From positions 985 to 64,984 of the forward strand of contig CAYQNR010000006.1 in NCBI GenBank assembly GCA_964418945.1: a stretch of 64,000 nt of DNA, written 5' to 3'. Source of the stretch: an uncultured Desulfobacteraceae bacterium (GTDB taxonomy: Bacteria; Desulfobacterota; DSM-4660; Desulfatiglandales; HGW-15). Shown piece by piece: positions 27,063-35,821 of the stretch (its first letter is position 1; the number at the start of each line of letters is the position of its first letter). Below the pieces are notes generated by a model. The model did not search any database. It saw nothing but the letters and a program-made list of their open reading frames with translations, and was not told the origin of the DNA. The position numbers and the translations under genes were made by a program.

Positions 27063-28490
27063 TCATCGATCCGCGGGCCTTACCTTTCCCCTCACCATGG
27101 ACGCGAAGACACCCCCGAAGCAAAGCACCGTGAATATTACAAAGGCAACCACGATGCTCTTCATCAAAAACGGGTATTGATCCTCCGTGATCTCAGTACG
27201 GCCGATTAAGATACTGAATATGACGGTGGCGATTCCCATGCTTAACATCATCCCGAGGCTTCGCATTGTACCAATCGCACCCGAGGCTATGCCGAAGAAT
27301 CGTTTTTCGACCGAACCCATAATGGCATTGGTATTGGGGGAGGAGAATAAGGCGGTACCGAAACCCAATACCATGAGGGCGGCGATTATATAGGCCATAG
27401 AGGTTCCTGGATGCAGGAAAGTAAGTAGAAAAAGACCGAACGTTGTTAATATCATGCCCAGTGTGGCAACGATTCGAGGTTCGATACGGTCGGATATTCC
27501 TCCGGCCAGGGGGGAGAAGCCAGCCATTATTAAAGGTTGAGATATCAGGACCAGTCCGGCGATCTGGGGGCTAAAGGCCCTGATATTCTGAAGGTAAAGG
27601 CTCATGAGAAAGGTCAAGGCATACGTGGAACTGTAGTTGATCAGGGCTGCTAGGTTGGAGAAGGCGAATACGCGATTTGTCTTGAATAGACTAATATTAA
27701 ACACGGGTTGTTGCACCTTCATTTCCCATTTTATAAAAGCGAGAAGGCTTATAATGCCCAATAGTATAATCCAAAGGCTCTTGATTTCGGGAACAAGGGA
27801 GACACCCACGATGATTGCTATAATAGCCACTGAGTAGATCAAGGAACCGGCGAGATCGAATCTTTCTCCCCGGGCGTCGGCCCATTCAGCCTTTAACGTC
27901 CAGAAGATAAGAAAAAGTATGATCAGGGAGAGCGGAACCGGGACCAGAAACACACTCCTCCAGGTCAGATAGTGGGTTATTATCCCTCCCAGGAAGGGGC
28001 CGGCGGAGAGCCCGATATAGACTGCCGCAACATTAATACCCAATACTCTGCCCCTTTCTTGAAGGGGATAGACAGAGACAAGCACGGCCATTCCGGTGGC
28101 GAAGACCATGGCATTGCCTATGCCCTGTAATACCCTGAAAAAAAGGAGTAAGGGGATAGAAAAAGATGTTGCGCAAAGGATGGAGGAAAAGGTGAACAGG
28201 ATAACCCCGGAGGTAAATAGCCTTTTTCTGCCATGGATATCCGCTAGTCTGCCGAAAGGCACAAGAGATACGGCGACCGCAAGCAGATAGGCCGTGGCTA
28301 TCCAGCTCAGGAGGACCGCATCGATATGCAGATCTTTTCCAATGGCTGGAAGGGCAATGTTAACGGCAGAGCCCATAAAAGGGGTAATAAAGGAATTCAG
28401 TGTGGCAATAACCAAGGCGGATCTTTTGATCTTAGAAACATCTGTAGTTTCCATTTCAACCTGTTTTTCCATGTTCTGGATGTCGAGCAT
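27063..28490 (-). CDS. MFS transporter, DHA2 (EmrB/QacA-like, ~14 TMS)
   Basis: 475 aa, polytopic. MFS motif A-like GRLADIHGRKRLF is present. Confidence 0.8.
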   Translation of the reverse strand: MLDIQNMEKQVEMETTDVSKIKRSALVIATLNSFITPFMGSAVNIALPAIGKDLHIDAVLLSWIATAYLLAVAVSLVPFGRLADIHGRKRLFTSGVILFTFSSILCATSFSIPLLLFFRVLQGIGNAMVFATGMAVLVSVYPLQERGRVLGINVAAVYIGLSAGPFLGGIITHYLTWRSVFLVPVPLSLIILFLIFWTLKAEWADARGERFDLAGSLIYSVAIIAIIVGVSLVPEIKSLWIILLGIISLLAFIKWEMKVQQPVFNISLFKTNRVFAFSNLAALINYSSTYALTFLMSLYLQNIRAFSPQIAGLVLISQPLIMAGFSPLAGGISDRIEPRIVATLGMILTTFGLFLLTFLHPGTSMAYIIAALMVLGFGTALFSSPNTNAIMGSVEKRFFGIASGAIGTMRSLGMMLSMGIATVIFSILIGRTEITEDQYPFLMKSIVVAFVIFTVLCFGGVFASMVRGKVRPADR

Positions 28491-28812
28491 AATTATAAAC
28501 CTTTAACAAACGGGGTCAGCCCTATCATCTCATTTAGACTTTTTCAATAACATAAGCAGGTTCATAGCTCAACGTTTTCCATTCTCTCCGTGCAGTTTAG
28601 TATGGCCTGCTTGGACTGAAATATATCCCACATGATCATACGCACCATCTTTAGATCCCTGTATTTAGGATAAACAGTCAAAACCCTTGACTCGATCTTA
28701 TGATTCTATTAGTAGAATACCCTTCAAATTCTCCGGTCATTTTCCTATGCCTTCATCGAGCATGAAGCGGTCATATGATTCTTTAACTTCAAAATACGAG
28801 GTAAGAATAATT

Positions 28813-29613
28813 ATGTTGATATTAAAACATAAAAGAATAGCAGTTACAGGGGCTTCTTCAGGTCTGGGACGAGCTATCGCTGAATCCGCGGCTGCCGGGG
28901 GTGCCAAAGTCGCTCTGATGGCTAGGCGAGAGGGAAAACTCAATGAAATCGTTAATTATCTTGGGGCAAATGAGGGAGAAGCGATAGCATTACCAACGGA
29001 TGTCAGCAATATTAAATCATTACAGGAGTCGTTTAAAATCATTGACTCTAAGTTAAGGGGAATCGATATCGTCTTTAACTGCGCAGGGGTTGTGGAACCT
29101 ATCTCATATCTCACTGAGACATCCCCAGATAGTCTATTAATGTCTCTTAAGGTAAATGTCTTCGGGATTTACCTCACAACCCTGGAGGCCTTAAGAAGGA
29201 TGGTTAAACAAGATAACGGAGGAACCATAATAAATATCACGAGTGGTGCGGGAATAAATGCATATGCCGGTTGGTCGGGCTATTGCAGCCAAAAAGCGGC
29301 GGTAAATATGTTTACCAAATGCGTTGCCTTAGAAGTATCAGATAAACCGATAAGAATAGCAGCTATATCACCCGGTCCATTCGAAAGTGGAATGCAGGAA
29401 ACAATCAGGGGTGTTTCTGTCCACAGATTCCCTTCCCGTGATAAATTTATTAACCTTTATAAGGAAGGGAAGTTAAATACACCCGATAAATTTGCGAAGA
29501 TCCTGATTGATCTGTCTTTGTCTGAATGGCCGGAGTTATCAGGAGTAATAGGAGATTTGCGGTCCGCAGATTTTCAAAAAGAATGTATTGAGCATGGTGT
29601 TGAAATAGACTAG
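28813..29613 (+). CDS. Short-chain dehydrogenase/reductase (SDR)
   Basis: The cofactor motif TGASSGLGRAIA and the catalytic YCSQK are present. I chose the start at the ATG after GAGGT; the ORF is open from 28687. Confidence 0.8.
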   Translation: MLILKHKRIAVTGASSGLGRAIAESAAAGGAKVALMARREGKLNEIVNYLGANEGEAIALPTDVSNIKSLQESFKIIDSKLRGIDIVFNCAGVVEPISYLTETSPDSLLMSLKVNVFGIYLTTLEALRRMVKQDNGGTIINITSGAGINAYAGWSGYCSQKAAVNMFTKCVALEVSDKPIRIAAISPGPFESGMQETIRGVSVHRFPSRDKFINLYKEGKLNTPDKFAKILIDLSLSEWPELSGVIGDLRSADFQKECIEHGVEID

Positions 29614-29947
29614 GAAACAACAATGGGTGAGCCCGGTATGTCTTAAAAGGATTTTTTAGTATAATAAGGTAGTCCATAATTTGAAGATTCAAGTATTTGT
29701 TCTCTGATATTCTTTTGAGCATTTTACTTGAATCCCTGAACCCTCGATTCCTTGACCCCTTGTATTTTAATCATTGCTTAACCTGTGCCCCGTAGCATTA
29801 CGGAGTGTGATCTGATTTGGAGATGATCAATTTTTTATTATTAATCTTGTTCTAGGCTTATTACCTCCTTTCTAAACATAGGTGCCTATAGATTACTCCC
29901 CATTGGCTATTGGTGCTTTTGGTCTGACTTCCAATTCTTCTATTATG

Positions 29948-30637
29948 TCACTCCTCAGATTTCTTATAGCTGATTAACATCCCAGCGCCGCTATTATTAA
30001 GTGTGGATTTAAAGTTAGATAAACCTACAACATAATCATAGTAATCCATAGACCAACCTCCTCTGCCTCTGCCAAATCTCCTGCCCAACTGTCCTGTTGA
30101 CACATTATGAGTGACATAACATCCTCCCACCATGAGTTTTGGTGCTATAGCCTTAAAATAATTCGTATACCAATCCTTGTCCGCATCACTAAACACAAAG
30201 TCGAACGGACCTTCTAGTTCCTCTACCAATGTATGTGCATTTGCAAGCCTTGCGTCTATGTAATCGGAAAGACCTGCTTCTTCAAAATTCGCTAAAGCTT
30301 GTTCGAGTCTTCTTTCATCTATTTCGATGGTGATAAGTTTGCCGCCCGTTTTGCTGAGTGCCCAGGCAATCCAGGTAGCGGAATGTCCAGTGGATGTTCC
30401 GATTTCCAGGGCTCTTTTGTAATTGTTTTTAACGATTATATCATATAATATTTTGCCGTCTGCATAAGGAACATTCTGCTCTCTCCACTCCCATCTCTTG
30501 TTTTCGAGGAATGTCTTAACTTTTTGGTCAAGTGCTTTATCGACTTTCAGATCCTGACAAAGGACCTCATGGCTGATTAAAAGCGATGATAGAAACAAAA
30601 TAATTATCAAAGAGTGAAAAGGATATTGTTTTTTCAT
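29948..30637 (-). CDS. Secreted class I SAM-dependent O-methyltransferase (family 3-like)
   Basis: A signal peptide is present, with ALEIGTSTGHSATWIA...KLITIEID...FDFVFSDADK. Local GC is low. Confidence 0.65.
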   Translation of the reverse strand: MKKQYPFHSLIIILFLSSLLISHEVLCQDLKVDKALDQKVKTFLENKRWEWREQNVPYADGKILYDIIVKNNYKRALEIGTSTGHSATWIAWALSKTGGKLITIEIDERRLEQALANFEEAGLSDYIDARLANAHTLVEELEGPFDFVFSDADKDWYTNYFKAIAPKLMVGGCYVTHNVSTGQLGRRFGRGRGGWSMDYYDYVVGLSNFKSTLNNSGAGMLISYKKSEE

Positions 30638-30777
30638 TTCGGCCTCTTTGAGTATTAGTCGTATGATGGAATAAAAAAGTTACATATCTGGGAAGAGAAA
30701 ATAACCTGTTATGAAAAAACTTAAGAAGAGGGACTGCATAAAGAACACCGCCGCATGGAAAGCGGAGATGACAAGAG

Positions 30778-31392
30778 CTAGGTTGATGGTTCCACTCTTG
30801 TTGAATTCATTATTTCTTTTTCTCTGTATCTTATGATTAAAAGGGCAAAAAGAGCCCCGATCAAATCCGCGATAAGGTCTAATAACGTATTGTCATAACC
30901 GCCCACACCTGTTTCAGGAACAAGCAAAGTAGCTATATATTCAACGATCTCGTTTACCGTTCCCACACCCAGGCCAGCCATTACAACCACTATTGATATT
31001 GCAGTCCAATATTCTAATGGTTTTAATTTTGGCTTCAGGAGTTCAAACATTATAAGGGTTGCGACACCAAAGCCAATAATATGGACAAATTGGTCATATT
31101 TGAATATATTTTCTGTAATAGGGATAAGGATCAACTTGTATAGAACATCCCCTTTGACAGGTATTCCACCCCCAGCCATATGTAGAGTGCCCCATATTGT
31201 AAGCCCCCATAACGACGTGTTTGAGTAGTTAACTCTATTATTGGTAAAAAGAATGAGCACCAGGAAAAAGACAATAACAAAGATATATATTATGAATTCG
31301 TAATTCTTTATGGTGAAGTAATAGATAGAAAAAGATAAAAGCATTATTAGAATAGTGATAAGTATGGGCAATTGGTTTTTCTTTATCAGCAT
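30778..31392 (-). CDS. Multi-pass membrane protein (DUF2238/YjdF-like?)
   Basis: 204 aa with about 6 TM helices. The motifs YDQFVHIIGFG and NEIVEYIA are reminiscent of DUF2238. GC is very low, about 30% on a spot count. Confidence 0.5.
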   Translation of the reverse strand: MLIKKNQLPILITILIMLLSFSIYYFTIKNYEFIIYIFVIVFFLVLILFTNNRVNYSNTSLWGLTIWGTLHMAGGGIPVKGDVLYKLILIPITENIFKYDQFVHIIGFGVATLIMFELLKPKLKPLEYWTAISIVVVMAGLGVGTVNEIVEYIATLLVPETGVGGYDNTLLDLIADLIGALFALLIIRYREKEIMNSTRVEPST

Positions 31393-31562
31393 GAATAATA
31401 ATCCTTTTTAATAATCAATACCTGGTGGCGGGAGAAGATGGCCTTAAGATTACAACAGTCTACCTATGATTTCCTGGATGTCAAGTATGTAGGGAACACC
31501 AAAATCCACCATCAAACTTGCAAATATTTCATATTAGCAGAGGATTTTGGTATAATCCTGGG

Positions 31563-31714
31563 CACCATATAGATGTTAGATGCAAGGCGCCAAGGAGCGA
31601 CGAGTGAGGCGTATATGAAATACGCCGCAAGGAGGAGCGACCGCAGGCAACGCAGCCCTTCGAGTACCCTCAGGGCCATGAGCCTATCGAATGGCAGATG
31701 ACATCTAGATGGTG
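31563..31714. repeat. 152-bp inverted-repeat element
   Basis: The 20-bp ends are CACCATATAGATGTTAGATG and CAGATGACATCTAGATGGTG (imperfect IR). The interior carries the hairpin GAGGCGTATATGAAATACGCC. Confidence 0.55.
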
Positions 31715-31804
31715 GATCAGGGGGACAATCCTATAGTGTCCTGTCTAGCAAAGAATAAGATTTTAAGAATGAAATGATTCTATTATTCATTACTGCTGTT
31801 TGGA

Positions 31805-32539
31805 TTAACAGACCAACCCCAGTAACTCCTTTAGTCTCCCGGCATTATTAACGGCATGGCCTTCAAAATCATTGTCGAAATAGATGAATGTGTCCCTATT
31901 CCACGCATCGACCTTTCCAGCCCAGTTCCTCAGTTCTTCTTCCGAATATTCGGACGCGTAGAGCTTTCGAGAACCGTGAAGCCGAACATATACAAAATGA
32001 GAGGTAATAGTCTCACAGGAGGGATATCTCCCGGCCGTGTCCGCTATACACAGGGCTATGTTGAATTCGCTCAATAGGCTAAACGCCTGATCATTAATCC
32101 ATGACGGATGGCGAACCTCAATGGCGTGGCGTACCCGCGGGTTAAGTGTTTTACAAAAATCCCTCAATGTTTTTTCATTATAGGCAAGGGTCGGCGGCAA
32201 TTGGAATAGTATGACACCCAGTTTTTCGCCAAGGCCGGCGGTTACGCCGTAAAGACGATCCAGGGGTTCGGCAGAATTTTCAAGTCTTTGGGTATGCGTG
32301 ATGAATTTGCTTGCTTTCACGCTCCAAAGGAAATCGTCAGGGGTTCTTGCTTTCCAGTTCTGGAAGGTCTCGCGTTTGGGAAGCCGGTAGAAGGAGGCAT
32401 TGAGCTCAACGGTGTGGAAATGCCTGCTATAGTACTCCAGCCATTTTGATTTGGGCAATCCGGCGGGATAAAGCGTCCCTTCCCAGTGCTTATAGGTCCA
32501 TCCCGATGTGCCGATCCTTATTGAAACCCCTTTTACCAT
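31805..32539 (-). CDS. DUF72 (YecE-like) protein
   Basis: IRIGTSGWTYKHWEGTLYP...YSRHFHTVELNASFYRLP is the DUF72 signature. Confidence 0.8.
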   Translation of the reverse strand: MVKGVSIRIGTSGWTYKHWEGTLYPAGLPKSKWLEYYSRHFHTVELNASFYRLPKRETFQNWKARTPDDFLWSVKASKFITHTQRLENSAEPLDRLYGVTAGLGEKLGVILFQLPPTLAYNEKTLRDFCKTLNPRVRHAIEVRHPSWINDQAFSLLSEFNIALCIADTAGRYPSCETITSHFVYVRLHGSRKLYASEYSEEELRNWAGKVDAWNRDTFIYFDNDFEGHAVNNAGRLKELLGLVC

Positions 32540-32673
32540 AACCTGATCCTAGTCAAGATCAGACAGCAATGTCAAATGGGATCAACACCGAGTCGCTAAG
32601 AGTCCCCCGGCTTCTCACACCAGGGGACAAAGTCAGATAGTCTCATCCGGGATCCCTTGAACCCTTACTTATA

Positions 32674-32750
32674 TTTCGTCTTTCCAAGAACAGCCGTAAC
32701 CCCTTGAAATGACCAGCCCGGGAGATCCGGAACGAAGAAAAGGGACAGCC
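32674..32750 (-). repeat. Family C fragment (first ~60 bp) in reverse orientation with an A-like end
   Basis: The reverse complement matches GGCTGTCCCTTTTCTTCGTTCCGGATCTCCCGGGCTGGTCATTTCAAGGGGTTACGG of the copies at 23591 and 44947. Confidence 0.75.
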
Positions 32751-32754
32751 CTCC

Positions 32755-32957
32755 GGTCACGGCCATTCTTTTCAAGACGACATCTATAGTATTCCGTGGA
32801 CGTGGTCTTATTTTCAAGGGTTTGGCAAACCTTTTCCTGGTGGCAACGGCATATTCTGCCAGGGGTTCTGGTGGAGCAAACCCTTGAAAACAAGCCCACT
32901 GCCGGCCTTGGGTGGAATTCTTTTTGAGATGTCGTCTTTCAAAGAACAGCCGTGACC
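32755..32957 (+). repeat. Palindromic repeat family A, copy 2 (203 bp)
   Basis: Collinear and nearly identical to 1193-1395. Confidence 0.85.
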
Positions 32958-32984
32958 TCCTCTTAGCTGCTTTTTGAAAGGATA

Positions 32985-33037
32985 TCTAAATATTTTGCGC
33001 TTTTTACTTGTTTACGTACTCATTAACCGGATGAACC
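32985..33037 (+). mobile_element. MITE family B remnant (internal deletion, right TIR retained)
   Basis: AAATATTTTGCGCT is joined to ...GTACTCATTAACCGGATGAACC. Confidence 0.65.
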
Positions 33038-33111
33038 ATTAAATATTGATTTGCTACAGGGAGCATAAAATGTTAATCTAAAAGGAATAATTGATGATTG
33101 ATAAGTGCTGA

Positions 33112-33939
33112 TTGTGTATGACAAAACTGGAAAAGGCATTAAAACGTTTTAAGGATAGTAAGGGACGTCTGACTGTGCTCACAGGGGCCGGCATCTCCGC
33201 TGAAAGTGGTATCCCCACATTCCGTGGTCCGGAAGGATATTGGACGGTGGGCTCAAAGGAATACCGTCCTGAACAGATGGCCACATATTCCATGTTCTCC
33301 AGAGATCCCTGGGAGGTATGGGCCTGGTATCTTTATCGCAGGACGGTCTGCAAAAAGGCTGAGCCCAATAGCGGCCACCTGGCGATCGCTGAAATGGAAA
33401 AGATGTTTAGTGATCGTTTCCGTCTGATCACCCAAAACGTGGATGGTTTGCACCTGAGGGCGGGCAACACTGAAGAACGAACATTTCAGATACATGGTAA
33501 TCTTCATCTATTGCGGTGTGCCGACAACTGTACTCAGCAGCTATTCCCATTCCCCAGCCAGATAGGGGAAAAGGAAAAAAACGAACCGGTCACCGAAGCG
33601 GAAAGAAGATTATTGATATGTCCCAAGTGTCAAGGACTTGCCCGTCCCCATGTGTTATGGTTTGATGAATATTATGATGAACGTTTTTTCCGCGCTCAAA
33701 GTGCTCTTCTCTGGGCCCAATCCACCGAACTTCTCCTTGTAATCGGCACGGCCGGGGCGACAAACATTCCCATGCAGATCGGCGGAATCGTTTCCCGAAA
33801 TCCCCGGGCCATACTCATTGACATAAATCCCCAGGATAATCCTTTTCGAAACCTGGCAAAGAATCATCCAGGGGGGATTTTTACGGAAGGAGGAGGGGGT
33901 GAGAACCTGACTAAAATCTTGTCCATATGGAAAAGCTGA
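33112..33939 (+). CDS. cobB: NAD-dependent protein deacylase (sirtuin, CobB type)
   Basis: Motifs GAGISAESGIPTFRG, QNVDGLH and HGN are present. The Zn ribbon is C-x3-C...CPKC, and RPHVLWFDE follows. Confidence 0.85.
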   Translation: MCMTKLEKALKRFKDSKGRLTVLTGAGISAESGIPTFRGPEGYWTVGSKEYRPEQMATYSMFSRDPWEVWAWYLYRRTVCKKAEPNSGHLAIAEMEKMFSDRFRLITQNVDGLHLRAGNTEERTFQIHGNLHLLRCADNCTQQLFPFPSQIGEKEKNEPVTEAERRLLICPKCQGLARPHVLWFDEYYDERFFRAQSALLWAQSTELLLVIGTAGATNIPMQIGGIVSRNPRAILIDINPQDNPFRNLAKNHPGGIFTEGGGGENLTKILSIWKS

Positions 33940-34041
33940 ATCCAAAATCCTCCCTGAAATTCCCAGGCTTAGCAGATGAGGCCCTGCTCCTGGGTGACTG
34001 TGCCGACGAAAACAGTACAATCCTGAAGACTAGATGTTTCC

Positions 34042-34551
34042 TTATTCACCTTTAAGCTGATTTCTAATAGCATGCATCTGCTCAAGGCCATTAATCTTGT
34101 AGATTCGCTCAATAGTATATCTTGTACTATTATTGTACCCCGGAAACTCAACATAGTCAGAACCGGCCTTAAGAATGTTGCTCATGCAGTAGATACTGAT
34201 ATTTTCACTGAACATTATTTCATACGCGGGTATTTGCAATACCAGAAGGTAGTATTGACTGGGGCTGGTCCGCAAAATCAATGACTGCTGATCCACTTCT
34301 GTCCAATGATTTGAGGTCTTGTTTAGCAGCGCTGTATCTCGTCGATTAATCACTGACAGCGGATCCTCGAAGGTTTCCGTAAAGAAGGTAAATGCTGCTC
34401 GGCCCGTTAATCGGAAGTCTTGAATCTTGGTTACCCTCTCTAACTGGTTATCCAGTTCGTATTTTTCAGGAAGTTTCAGGCCACCGGTGGCGCACCCCGA
34501 TACCAGGAGTGTTAAGGCCAACACCTTAATTATTCTAGAGAATGACGTCAT
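34042..34551 (-). CDS. Lipoprotein of unknown function (last gene of the tonB-exbBD operon)
   Basis: The lipobox is LLVSGC. 169 aa, with no family recognised. Confidence 0.5.
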   Translation of the reverse strand: MTSFSRIIKVLALTLLVSGCATGGLKLPEKYELDNQLERVTKIQDFRLTGRAAFTFFTETFEDPLSVINRRDTALLNKTSNHWTEVDQQSLILRTSPSQYYLLVLQIPAYEIMFSENISIYCMSNILKAGSDYVEFPGYNNSTRYTIERIYKINGLEQMHAIRNQLKGE

Positions 34552-34599
34552 GATGCTTCCTCCTTTGCTTAATATATCATCCTTATAATTATTTAGTAC

Positions 34600-35007
34600 C
34601 TAAAGATCCTTTTCTGTTGCCAGACACAGGCGTCCTGCACCGGCCGACTTGGCCACATCCATGACCTTTACCACCTTATTGAGGATAACTGAACGATCCG
34701 CCTTAACGACAACCAATCTATCCTCCTGCTCACCGATCATCTCCTTTAATCGTTTGAAAAGCAGATCAAGGGAAATCTCCTGATCTATCAGAAAGGATCG
34801 GCCCTCTTTGTCCACATAGACGGTAATTTCCTGCTGGGTTTGAGGGACAGCCGCTTGGGCTTGCGGGAGTTTTATCTTGATCCCTTCGTCTACCATAAAA
34901 TTTGTCGTCAACAAGAAATAGACCAGCAGCAAAAAAACGATATCAATCAATGAGGTCAGAGGCACCTGTATTTGATAGTGGGGTTTCTTTTTCTGAATCA
35001 AAGCCAT
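34600..35007 (-). CDS. exbD: ExbD/TolR biopolymer transport protein
   Basis: 135 aa. The N-terminal TM segment LTSLIDIVFLLLVYFLLTT precedes a periplasmic domain. Confidence 0.85.
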   Translation of the reverse strand: MALIQKKKPHYQIQVPLTSLIDIVFLLLVYFLLTTNFMVDEGIKIKLPQAQAAVPQTQQEITVYVDKEGRSFLIDQEISLDLLFKRLKEMIGEQEDRLVVVKADRSVILNKVVKVMDVAKSAGAGRLCLATEKDL

Positions 35008-35068
35008 AATCGCGGCTCCTTTGTGTTATAGGTTTAGGAAAACTTTGGCACTGGATAGTATTTGGGAA

Positions 35069-35671
35069 CTATCTCGTAATCGCCTTAATAAAGGTAACCG
35101 AACCCTTATGAAGCCGTGCCTCATACCTGTCAATTCGAGATACGATATAGCTATGAGCAACCATGGTAGGAAGCGCTACTGCAAGGCCTATAGCTGTGGT
35201 CAGCAATGCCTCCCATATTCCTCCTGCCAGCACGGCGGCATTGACCTTTCCACCCATCTCCTGGATAACCATAAAGGCCTTGATCATCCCTAATACGGTG
35301 CCCAGCAAGCCCAAGAGTGGAGCGATATTGCCTATCGTGGCCAACGCCTGGACATATAATGACAAACCCCTCACCTCATCATCCATAGCGTGGGAGATGA
35401 CGGTCTCTAAGGTTTCTCTATCCTGATCCTTGACATCAATCGCCTGCGCCAGCACCCTTCCCATGGGCGATTGACTCACCCTGGCTGTCTTTAGGGCTTC
35501 TTCCTTATTACCCTGTTTTAACAGTCCGGCGATTGTTTCCGCCAACCCTGTTCCCAGACTGTCTATCTTGGCAAAACGGACCATTCTTTCGATAAATATT
35601 GCCAGGGCGATTACGGAGCAAAGCAAAATAGGTATGACCAATACACCACCTTTAGCAAGAAAATCAAACAT
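35069..35671 (-). CDS. exbB: MotA/TolQ/ExbB proton channel protein
   Basis: 200 aa with the conserved block IGNIAPLLGLLGTVLGMIKAF. Confidence 0.85.
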   Translation of the reverse strand: MFDFLAKGGVLVIPILLCSVIALAIFIERMVRFAKIDSLGTGLAETIAGLLKQGNKEEALKTARVSQSPMGRVLAQAIDVKDQDRETLETVISHAMDDEVRGLSLYVQALATIGNIAPLLGLLGTVLGMIKAFMVIQEMGGKVNAAVLAGGIWEALLTTAIGLAVALPTMVAHSYIVSRIDRYEARLHKGSVTFIKAITR

Positions 35672-35821
35672 GTTTATCCCTCCTTCCTATTGCATACCTG
35701 TGGTTCTTACTCATATATGCATGAACAAAAACAGATAATATTTCTCTTCGATTTGGAAGGCTGTTTCTCCGTGGTCAGTCGTTCATTTGAACCCATAAAT
35801 GGTTAATAGAATCTCTTATTC

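Noticed and set aside
33112-33939. SIR2-domain protein as a possible anti-phage (Thoeris/DSR-like) effector
   Set aside because: It has the full housekeeping sirtuin signature, including the Zn-ribbon cysteines and RPHVLWFDE. It is only 275 aa, has no partner genes and stands alone, so it is CobB.
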